From Azolla caroliniana (taxonomy: Eukaryota > Plantae > Polypodiophyta), in the NCBI GenBank assembly GCA_043228905.1, contig JBHGNT010000001.1, forward strand, positions 19,158,001 to 19,222,000: DNA of 64,000 bases, given 5' to 3'. The first letter of the stretch is position 1, and every line of letters begins with the position of its first letter. Shown here one piece after another: positions 49,679-61,200 of the stretch. Below the pieces are notes generated by a model. It had not been told where the DNA came from and ran no database searches. It saw nothing but the letters and a program-made list of their open reading frames with translations. The translations under genes and the position numbers were made by a program.

Positions 49679-50861
49679 CCGAGAAGACGAATATGAGGGA
49701 GAAAACTTGTTGATCGGGAAAGTGCTACAGGAAATCGGGGAATAATTGGACAATAAAGAAAAGAGAGTCGAGATCTGAAGGAAGAAACGACAAGTTCAGA
49801 AGTTCTTCTTGAACAATTGATTAATCTGGAGGTAGCCGAAAAGACCGGATGACATACCACTCCGGGTAGTCGGCACAAAGGAACAACAGAAACAGGTAAT
49901 ATTTGAATAACATGAATCCGATTGGGCTGGACATCGGGGAACATGGTAAACATTTGCAAAGATCAAGCAAAAATATTGGTGGAGGAATATGTACAAGGAT
50001 GTACTGGAGTTCACCAAAAGCTGTAATAAATGTCAAATCTACTCCAAAGTACAACACTGGGATGAATTACATCCGACATTCTCACCGACAATCAATTTTA
50101 AATGGATGGTCGACATCGTGGCCATGCCAACCAAGATCGGACAAAAGAAGTACTTGGTGTTAGCTCAAGAAGATCTGACAAACCAAGTAGAAGGTCGGGC
50201 GCTATAGAGGAAAACATGTTCTACAGTATGCCAATCTCTTGAAAGAAGTGTTCTACAGGTACGGGTGTGTAGGACAAGTGATTGTGGATCGGGGAGAACT
50301 TGACTCCAATAAGGCTAGGGAATTCTTCATCAAACATGGAGTTCGGTTAACACTAGTCAAACACAATCCAGAAGCAAACGGGAAGATTGAACGAGGACAT
50401 AGTCCAATCGTAAAAGCACTTGCAAAAGCATGTGATAGAAGGTTGGAGAATTGGCCACACATGCTTCCATATGCAGTATTGGTGGATCGCACAATGCATA
50501 GTTCCGTGACCGGTTATATGCTAGCAGAACTTATCACCGGACAAGCTCCGGTAATGCCTACAGAAACCGCAATTGCAACATGGACAATGCTACCATGGAA
50601 GGAAGAGATGAGTCGGGAAGAACTACTAGCAATCCGGATACGACAACTAGAAGGAAGACCAAAAGACATAAAGGAAGCGGTACGCCGATAACAAGAAGCG
50701 TGTTTTCGGAACAAACGTCGATTTAACAAAAAACACTGACTTCGACCACGGAAAATTGAAGAACGGGATTGGGTGATATCTACGACAGTAGTTTGGATCA
50801 TCATCACAGCGCGATATGAAAATTTGCTAAAAGGTGGTTTAGACCATACGAAGTTCAAAAG
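49679..50861 (+). pseudogene. Integrase of Gypsy C (inverted relative to the rest of C)
   Basis: HESDWAGHRG...CNKC, WMVDIV, VDRGE, NPEANGKIERGH, KRWFRPYEVQK. Confidence 0.85.
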
Positions 50862-52597
50862 AGTTTAGATACAAGCTCAACAATGGGTGCATAAACCAAT
50901 GCATAGATTGGATGCGTAAACCGGGTGTGCAACGAGAGGCCGTAGCGGTGCGTAAACCGGGAGGCCATTGCACAAATATTCCACAAAGGAATATATTTTG
51001 GGAGTTAGTGTAGAGGCTCATTGATGAACATTGAAGTACGTGTCAGTACTTCTGTCAGTCCATATGGACTTGTATAAAAGTGCTCTCTGAGCACATCCTA
51101 TGTACAGAGTTTTAGTGTATTGTTTTGGAATAAAGTTTTCTGTGTTTTGCTCTCTTTTTCTCTCCTGCATACGTTGTGTTGATTAAGCTCTCCATTAAAC
51201 CTTCCTCATCCTCTTTGTTTTTTGTCTGTTGTTACCCGATTGTGTATGTTAAGCTTCCACACGCATTCTTCTACATGGTACCAGAGCGTGAGGGTTGAGA
51301 TCCTCTGTTGTCAACAAGCAGACAAACCCTAATCACAGTGAAAGAACAGAAGAAGAAAAGAATGGACAGAGGAATGAGTAGGTTGCTTCCGACGGAGAAG
51401 CTCGATAGAAGCAACTATGCATCTTGGTCATACAAGATGCACCAGTACCCTGCTCGGGCATGGCAACTGGAGTTATGTTGATGGAGCTAATGACACGGCA
51501 CCCGAATCGACACACAAGCAAAGTTCTCTACTACTTTGCATCCTGTGTGAACGATCAACTTCTGAGCTACATTCGAGATGCAAAGACACTGAAGGATGCC
51601 AGCCAGAAACCTCCAACTCAGGCAAGAGTTGAGCAATGTTCGGCAATGAGATATGTCGGTGGTTGACTACACCACCGAGATCAAGGATATCTGCAACTCT
51701 CTCACCTCCATTGATGTAAATGTCGAAGAGGAAAAAATGGTGCAGCTCTGCTTCGGAGGGTTAGTGTCTAAGTTTGGAGCTTTCCAAACTACGGTACAGG
51801 GGAGAATACACCGTCGTTTTTCGACTTACAGCCAATTCTCCTAGTAGAGGAGAACCACGCCGGTGCGTCAACCAATACGCACGCCGACAACAAGATGTTG
51901 TGCACGGAGGAAGATAGGCCTTGTGATCGTGGTGGACGAGGCGAGTCGGCATGCAATGGAGGTGGCCAACAGGAGCAAGATGGAGGGCATGGTCGTAATG
52001 CCAACAGTAGTTTCGGACCCTCCGGAAGCAGGGGGAGTCGAGTCGGTGCCGGAAACAGGCAAGGAAAACCCGTCATGGAATGCCAGTATTGTGGCAAGAA
52101 AGCCCACAGGGAGAGCGAGTGCTGGAAGAAATACGCCGATTCTAAGAAAACCACATCTGAATCCGGGCCGACCAAACAAGGAAATCGGCAATGATTACAC
52201 TACATTGAGGGCTCCGAACGAGCCAAAAATGGATCGGGCCCAGCCTTCGTAACGAAGCACAAAGCCAACTCGATGGCGGTGAACACCTCAAAACGTAACG
52301 AGGTGTGGTATGTTGACTCCAGAGCGTCAAATCATATGACGAGTCACAAGGAATGGTTCTCGTACTTGGAGAAATCGGAAAAACAAGGAATGGTCAAAAC
52401 TGGAGATGACATTCTGCATACCATCGAACATGTCAGAGAAGTTCCCCTCAGCCACGTCGGGCAGAAAGGGAAACTCATGAACGTGCTACACATCCCGACA
52501 ATAACCAAGAACTTGGTGTCGGTCAGGTAGATCGTCGACTAGAGGATGCAAGTTCAATTCACGCATCTCGGTTGCTACATCGAAGAAGAGGGAAAAT
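50862..52597 (+). mobile_element. 5' half of the old Copia: 5' LTR (50862-51275), PBS, degenerate gag-protease
   Basis: PBS variant TGGTACCAGAGC at 51276; CQYCGKKAHRESEC knuckle; WYVDSRASNHM protease. Confidence 0.85.
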
Positions 52598-52919
52598 CAA
52601 AACGAAGGTGGCACAAGCACGAGACATGAAGGGTTAAGCTCAAGAAGAGAACAAGGAGTCATGAAAACCGGTCATGGCCATGCAAAGAGTGAACGAAGAA
52701 TATGGTGGATCGGATGGTGACAATGGTTCGGGTGGAAAGAATGGATGTGCTCAAAATGCAGAGAGAAAGTCGACATAGTGGGGTGGCGTACATCAGCGGC
52801 AATGTTGTTATGAGATTGGCGAACAGTGGCGACATCATCATCTAACGGATCTTAGTTACCCGATCGGCCTGATCAATCACTTTATGTCGCAGCCCACGGC
52901 CGAACACCTTTAGTGCGTG

Positions 52920-53416
52920 GTTGTGGATGGCCTCCACGTTCAGTTACGGCTTGTGTACCATTCGACCTGATTTGGCTCGTGCACCATCCGACCCGATCCA
53001 ATCCATCGTCCCGGTCATCCGATTAGATCCGCATTCGAACATCCATCGATCCGCCCCGTCAAAACCACTATGACCTGTACAACCTCATCCATCCCTCTAA
53101 ACAACTTGGCCATGTTGGTCCATCCGGACAGTTTGACCCAAGTCCAACCATCTCTTCCGGATATAAACTAATGGGTCTCGATCTGCTGATATAGTGCTTG
53201 ATCCGAAACTTTCCTATCTATGTGGGATATCTTAAAGTTCTAATATTCCCTCATCATCTTAAGTTTCATATTTACATAACTTAATATGTAGTAAAATGCG
53301 TTCAAAAGCTCTTGAAGATGTCTATCTTTTCATACCAAGCCATTAAGCTAATCTAAATTATTATTTTTTATTATTTTTTATTATTTTTCATATCATGTGT
53401 GAAGAACCACGCGACA
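52920..53416 (-). repeat. Truncated 5' LTR of element D
   Basis: Inverted copy of 48503-48989 starting TGTCGCGTGGTTCTTCACAC. Confidence 0.8.
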
Positions 53417-54404
53417 CCGGAACTCCCGAATTACGTTTACTTGGCATATGCGCTCCGAAGCAAAGTAATCTTCGGAAATTTCTTCATTATCCGATTCGAC
53501 TATGTGATCTTCGAACTGGGCCCTTGATAACATATCCGCTACCGCATTGTTTTTTCCCGAGATGTGTCGAACCTCCAGATTAAGTGACTTTACATTTGCA
53601 ATCCATCTTGGTATAGCCACATCTAGTACAATACAACATCGCATCATCCCGTTATCGGAAGACAATCTGTTTCAATCACTACTTCGGCTCTGATTAAGTA
53701 ATCTCGATCCGATTTTATTGATGACACGATTCCCCATATTTCTCTTTTAACTTGTGCATATCCATGTTGCCTTTCGTTGAGAACCTTTGCTCTAACTCTT
53801 ATTGTCTGAATGCCGATTTCTCACCGGAGAGTGTTAGGTGTACGTGTTGTAAATTCCGTAGCAGTTTCTCACAATCACGAATATGGTCAACTACGTACTT
53901 TTGACATCCACGATCATCTATATTCTCGTCCTTTTCTTCCACCACACATCCTTTCATCGGAATGTCATCTAGGAATGGCATCGTTATCTGAGGAATGTAG
54001 TCTCAGAGCACCTTGTTCATTGAATTCATCATAGGGGCGACCGAGTTTGTGGCTCCTTGTGGTAGCATACACATCCGAACTAATCCTATCGGTGTTCGCA
54101 TTGTAGTGATGTCCCAGTTATCCATAGCTAATTGGAATCGGTCATATCCAGAGTATAGGTCCTTGATAAAGTATATCGCACATCCGACAAATGCTTTTGC
54201 AAATTCATCCACTATCAGACCAACTCCAGAGTTCCGGATCATAACTTTGTTCACCAGTTGCAAATCTTGAATGAACTGGAGTGACCCATTCTTCTTTGGA
54301 ACCATAAACCATCGATTTGAGTATGGAGCATTTGATGGCTCTAGAATCCCCATTGCCACCTTCTCCTGGAGCAAGTCAATGATTTTCGGAAGATTATGGT
54401 GCAA
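53417..54404 (-). pseudogene. RT-RNase H remnant of Gypsy C
   Basis: DLYSGYD, LPQGATNSV, FLDDIP, HISGKNNAVADMLSR. Confidence 0.85.
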
Positions 54405-56690
54405 ATGGACTCACCGAGGATTGGACCAAAGTCGAAAGAGTATGCTGACTACACGATAAGAGGAAGACGAGAGTTTCATCGGCAACAACACAACCCACGA
54501 GGGATGGTGAAAGGAGGACGGGATGCGACTCCACAATACCACCTAAACAAGAGAGCTTGAAGAGGGAAGGTTCAACGGTACTCGACATAGAGGCCTTCGT
54601 AAAAGAGGCATATGAGATTTTAAAGATGCAAGTTGAGGCCAAAGAGAAGCTTATAATGGAGCCAAAACTGAGGCAAATGGTGACCAAGGAAAAAGAGACC
54701 TCCCAACAAATGCGGAGGAATGATCTGACAAATACGAAGGCCCGGGTTTGGTATGATAGCACCAAGATAGAAGGTGCACAACAAGTCGCCTTCTCTTATT
54801 GTAGAGAAACAATGGTCAAGCATAAGGTCAAAGACTCGAGAGCGGGGAAGGCCGCTTTGAGAGTGGACGGGCATTTCGGAACACGCATTGTGTCTGAAAC
54901 ATTGAGTGATGAAGGTGCAAGAATAAGCAAAGCTTGCATGATCGAGGAAGACAACGGGTGTGAGGCCTATAGGGTTGATGAAGTAGCCGCGAATGACAAG
55001 GTGAAGGAGGTGTTTGTGAGCAACACAACAAGGGAGGACAACAACCATGGCAAGCCTTTATCCATACTAGACTGAGAGACTTGGGCATTAGCAGATGTAA
55101 GACCCAATAGATGGAAGGTGGCAGCGAGGAAGCAAAGGTCGAAACCAATATGAACAACCTTGAGGTGGAAGTGGCTAAGGGTAGCACAACAAAGGTGAAC
55201 TACGAAAATGTATGGATCCCTACACACTTGTTCGAGAGGTTGGGGCCTTAACCAATGTAAGACCCAAGAGAAGGATGGTGGTGGTGAGGAAGCAAGGGTC
55301 GAAGCTGGTGCGTGCGACAAGGAGGTTAAGCAAAGCAGAACGATGAAAGCTGATGCGTGTGACTGAGAGATAACCAAGGAGATGGCTATGGCTATGGACA
55401 ACACGACAAAGGAAAACACCAATAAAGATGAGAATTCCTTCAAACATGTTCAAGAGACTTGGGCAGCTACATACGAAAGACATCATGAGACCCAAGAGAT
55501 GGGAGGTGGTGGCAAGTAGATTGAGATAGCCAATGTATATGACAAAGAGACCGAGCGAAGCTCGACAAGGGATGACGAGCGCGAAGCCGGCCAAGTGGAT
55601 CCGAAGGATGTGATCACAACTGTATCTAACAAGGATGACATTAGCATCATGGTTACTCAAACATGAGAGTTTACCACAATGAACGACAAAAAGAGAGGCA
55701 TGCAATATGGTCTCTTAGAGACCTCGAGGTGAGCATGCGCTTGAAGGGACTACAACGGGTAGTCAACATTGACATTCGTACGAGGTCTTGTGAAGACAAA
55801 TGGGGGATGAGAAAGAATGAAGGATCTATGTTTCTTGACCAAGGAGATAGACGGGATGAAGGTGGCACATACAAAAATTCTAAAAGGTTATGCTCATGAA
55901 GGGCAAAGGGGGCCATGAAAACTATTCATGGCATTGCAAAGTGCGAACGAACAATATGATGGATTGGATGGCGATGATGGTTTGGCTAGAAGGAATGGAC
56001 ATGTTCAAAATGGAGAGACAAAATTGGCATGGGCGAGGCGCAAAAGAGGAGAAAATCAATGGTTGACAACCTCTAGCCCCAGCCCATCACTCTTTTACTT
56101 CTTAGCACATGACGGAGGATGTGCGGTTTGGTGGGGGTCGATGTCATGATGTGGCGTGTCTAGTGTGAGAAAAAGTCAAAAAGTGAGGATACACAAACAT
56201 TTCACAAATACTTGTATAAAATGAAAATAAATCAATAATAAATAAACCTAAGACCTAATGGCATTGAGTGCCTATAGAGGGGTGCAAGTAGGATTTGAAC
56301 CTTGCACCTCCAAGATAGGAGACAATTAACTTACTACTAGAGCTACTATTTACTGCTTTAGATTTTTTATATTTCCTTCTCAGATTCGGAATTCCATACG
56401 AAACAACCATACAAAACCGTGTGACCAAAACCATGGTTTTGCACATGAAGAGAGCTATAAAAACCCTAGTAGGGCTTGTGTAAAGGGGGGTTCAATTTGG
56501 AGATCATCATCATCATCAATAATATAATATTCTTCTGGACATCCATATTTTTCTCGAGTATAAAAATCTTTGTTCTTTTCAAATGTGACATTGGTTTCCT
56601 CAACTCGTACATACACATCATTGTCTTTTCAACAAGTTCACGAACATCCTCCATAGCCTGTGGCCCTTGTGATCCCGCTCGCATGAAGCA
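54405..56690 (+). repeat. Second D-like purine-rich element with PPT-like tract and a different putative LTR (56142-56690)
   Basis: Paralogous to 46178-48502; GGTTTGGTGGGGGTCGA precedes TGTCATGA. Confidence 0.55.
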
Positions 56691-57959
56691 TAACTACGCG
56701 CGAATATTCGCAACAACGGGTAATGGTCCCGCAGATCGTTTCACCTTCTTTTCCACGGTCTTATATTTCGTACATACCATTGCTTCTTCTTTCCGGAGCG
56801 CATCCCGCCCCATTTCCGCAATGATCTCATACATCTCGACCGATTCCACCGGAACTACCCTGTCTTCGTGGTGATTCTCTTCCGCAAGCTCTTCAAGCCT
56901 TTGTAGTGTGCTTCCATAGAACACTTCTTCGACTATTCCAATGATTTCTTCGTTTTCTTTTATGATTTATGCAGACCGTAGCTCATCTTGTATCGTCTGA
57001 AATTCTTTTCTCATTACTCCAATTATGGCCATGTACGTAGATGCCCCATCCGGACTGATTCGCACTCGTTTTGCTCCGAGAGTTTTCTTCCCGTGTAGGG
57101 CATTAGGGCTTCTCAGACTATCACTTCCCCACTCCACAACAGTTCCCTTTAAAAATCCATTTTTGTTTGGGACATGAGCTCTCTCTTGTTCCTTTTGTAA
57201 TTTGATGACACAATCAAGAATTGAACAGTTTTCCCTCCACTTTGGCTTTGAATCAGTGCAAAAGCCACTCCGTTGTCGAGCACCTTTGTTTCCATCCGTG
57301 AAGCCATGATGAAGTGTTGCCCGAGGATCACAAAATGTGAGACCTCATCTTGCACGAATAAATTTTGGTCAATCCCCACATCTCCGATCTTCACCGTCAC
57401 ATCCAGACAAGCCGCGAATAGGTCCTCCGTTGTTTTAGTGGTTGCCCGGATTTTCCATCCATGACTTGTGTTAATAGGCCACTTCCATTTCCGGTAGAAC
57501 TCCTTGGACATCAATGTGACTACGTGCTCTTTAATGTTTCCAATTCGGACCAGAGTCTCCGTAGTTGCTTGTGCCAAGTGTGGCTTTGTGTAGTGGGACT
57601 TCGAAATTTCGTCCTCCCTTTCCTTGTCATTCATTAGAATTGTATTTGCATTCACCTTTGAAGCATTTGAATCTGCCGTAACCTGCCTCTTTCTTTTTAG
57701 GAGATCCACAAGGAGATCATGGAACTCTTCCTTCGTTATTCTGAGCAATTCTCGGAGAGAAAATTCCACCTGACTATCAAGAATTCTCTCTTCGAACACC
57801 ATCTGTTGTTCGATGTCCGATGCAAGTTTGAATGCTGGAATCAGTTTCCCTATTCCTTTCCCTTCGGAATTCCAGCTCTCTGGTGTCTTCGATGGTCCGA
57901 CTGCATCATCCGTGCGCCGTCGTTTCTCATCTACATACACATCATGTAATTGACATAAG
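56691..57959 (-). pseudogene. Gag-protease region remnant of Gypsy C
   Basis: PAFKLASDIE...LRELL, FVILGQHF, KYKTVEKKVK fragments upstream of the RT on the same strand. Confidence 0.65.
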
Positions 57960-58274
57960 TGTTGGCCGGTCAGAGAAGGCAAATGGGAAAGCAAGGTCGG
58001 ATCGGATAAATATAGAAATAGGAATAGAATTATTAGGAGGGACGGATCCGGTAGTTGTAACCGATCCGGATCCGAACCGATTCGGTTTCGGTTAACGGTT
58101 GCCTACCGAGCACCGATTGTAATCTGGCCGGATGCCTATAAAAAGGATCCGATGTTTTGTAATGAAAGCACGAAGAATTAATATAGTTTTGCTTATGCTG
58201 ATTCATCTTGTCTTCGTCTGTGCTTAAGTGTAATTATCATACGCGTGTATTAACATCCTATCCCTACCACCCCT

Positions 58275-61200
58275 TTGGAGAAGTGTCGGATAGACACCTG
58301 TGTTGCGGCTAGTCCAGCCACCCGGGACCGGTACGACCGAGAGGAGAACCGAAGGGATAGCTACCCCAGGGACCGGTACGACCGAGAGGAGAACCGAAGG
58401 GATAGCCACCCCCGGGACCGGTACGACCGAGACGAATCCCCGGAATACGAGCGACGAAGAGAAGAAAGGCGGCCAGGAAACCGGAATTTCCAACGGAACC
58501 AAAGGCGTGGATTCTTCCGTAGAGAGGAGCGTCGGGAGGCAACAAAGAATGACAAACCAGTAGCGGCACCGGAGAACCGAAAAACCGAGGACAACCGCCG
58601 GGGAATGCCCCTTCCCCAAACATGGGAAAAAGGAGAATCCAGCAACACGCACAGGGTGTATTGTTATTACTGCCGAAAAGAAGGGCATTACAGTAATCAA
58701 TGCCCAAGCAAAACAGCCGACAAGCAGCCGGCAGTCAACATGGTGACAGCCGACGTACAGCAGGTTATCACGCGGTCGAAAGGGAAGGCCGCCGAATGGG
58801 AAGCCCAGGAAGCAATCAGAAAACAAGCGGCACAATGGATCAAAGAAGCCAACGAACAAGGTGCGGCGGAAGTAAGAAACCAAAATATGCCAAGGGAGGA
58901 AGAAATCGTACAGCCAGGAGAAAACCCGACATGGCAAGCACTACAAGATTGTCAGATCGTGCTGCCGTTGGCACGGTTACTGCAGTTGGTGCCGCGGTTC
59001 ACAGCAGACTTACAAGCCGCCGTAAGCAAACCGACGCCGACGCCGGCACCGGCATTTTTCTCCAACCCGGAGGAAGGCCCAGCGGTGGTTGATACCAGTA
59101 GCCCAGCAATCACGACAATCGTCAAAGGAAAGGAGATTCCAGGAACAATTATTGACGGAGGCTCCGGGGTGAACGTCATTAGTCGACAGACATGCGACGA
59201 CCTAGGCATCCAGGAGTGGGAACCATGCCCCTTCTGGTTACGCATGGCGGATACAAGCTCAGTCCGACCAACTGGTCTTATCCGGGACTTGGAAGTAACA
59301 ATAGGAGGCCACGTATTCCGAATATCGGCCGTGGTACTAGAGCTGAATGTACAAGGCGCATATCCCCTACTGTTAGGACGACCATGGCTGCGAACGGCGC
59401 ATATCAAGCAAAATTGGCAAAAGAATATGATCACGTTCCGACGAGGGAAAACAAAGGTACGGGTAGCCACGCAACCACGGGTGCTCACTAGCAAGGAGGC
59501 AACCCCTTTATATGCCGAAAGCATCAACATGTTGGAGGGCTTACCGGATGAAGAAATTGATCGGTACCTCGAGGAACACCCACAGATCGTTCCACTTTTT
59601 GAGGTGGATATCACGGCAGCAGTAGAGCCGTACATCACAATGCCGGACGAGCCGGACAAAGTGGCGATCCGGGAACTACGCCAAGCACAGGAAGCCCTAG
59701 AAAGAGAAATGACGATATCCCAAAGGGTGAAAGCATCCCAGCTGGAAGAGGTGGACCTCGGCACAACAGAACAACCCCGACCGGTAAAAGTCGCGAAGGA
59801 ATTGCCGAAGGAGGAAAAACAGGCAATGGTAGCACTGTTAACGGATTTCAAGGACGTGTTCGCATGGTCATACGAAGACATGCGAGGGTTGGACCCCCAG
59901 CTCTACCAGCACCAAATTCATCTAAGTACTGACGCGAAGCCCATCGCTCAACGTCGGTACCGGATGAATCCAAACTATGCGGCAAAGGTGAAGGAGGAAA
60001 TTGACAAGCTTCTCCGGGTCGGATTTATCCGACCAGTCAAGCAGGCAACCTGGCTAAGCCCGATAGTGGTGGTCCCGAAAAAGAACGGCAAAATCCGGGT
60101 ATGTGTGGACTACAGGAAACTAAATGCCGCGACAGTGACCGACGCTTTTCCACTACCATTCACGGACGGAGTGCTAGATGCGGTGGCCGGCCACGAAGTT
60201 TACAGCTTCCTGGACGGATTCAGCGGCTACAACCAAATCCGAATGAACCCGGCCGACCAAGAAAAAACAGCGTTCGTGACGGAATGGGGAGTGTTCGTCG
60301 CGGTCGTGATGATGTTCGGATTAAAGACAGCCCCTGCAACATTTCAAAGGATAATTATGGAAATCTTCGGTGATTTTATTCCCGGTTTTATGCAGGTCTT
60401 CCTAGACGATTTCGCCGTCTACAGCCGACACGGAGAGCATTTCGATCACCTACGACTATGCTTAGAAAAGTGCCGCGAGTACCGATTAAGTCTGAACCCG
60501 GCGAAGTGCGTCTTTGGAGTCGCCAGCGGCAATTTGTTAGGCCACGTGGTGAGTCGAGAAGGAATCGCGGTAGATCCGGATAAGGTAAAAGCAATTCTCG
60601 ACGCACCGGCACCGAATAGCGCAAAAGCTTTAAGCCGATTCCTTGGTCAAATAAGGTGGCATAGTCGGATGGTACGGCACCTTGCCGACTTTGCGACACC
60701 ATTGCACGCTGCTGTACATAGAGTACCTTTCCAATGGACAGAAATGGAGGAGGCAGCCTACCAAGCGTTGAAGGTCATGCTGTCACAAGCCCCGGTGGTG
60801 CAGCCGCCGGACTGGAGTAAAAGCTTTCACGTCTTCGTCGACGCGTCGGACGTAGCAATCGGCAGTGTTTTGATGCAACTCACGGAACCGAAATGGTATC
60901 GGCCGGTGTACTACGCAAGCAGGAAACTCTCGAAAGCCGAACGGAACTACTCTACAACGGAACGAGAGGCATTAGGAATGGTGTACAGTGTCACAAAGTA
61001 CAGGCACTATCTGCTCGGACGAAAGTTCTCCTTCCACGTTGACCACTCGGCACTACTCTACCTGGTCTCAAAGGCAGCCCTGACAGGAAAACTCGCACGA
61101 TGGACGCTGCTATTACAGGAATTCGAATTCGACATTTTCCACCGACCCGGGGTGCAGCATGCGGTAGCAGACTACCTGAGCAGACTAGAATCCGGAGAAT

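Noticed and set aside
48503-53416. Long inverted repeats as TIRs of a DNA transposon
   Set aside because: They have LTR-type TG start and a PPT-like tract; their orientation is explained by the large inversion.
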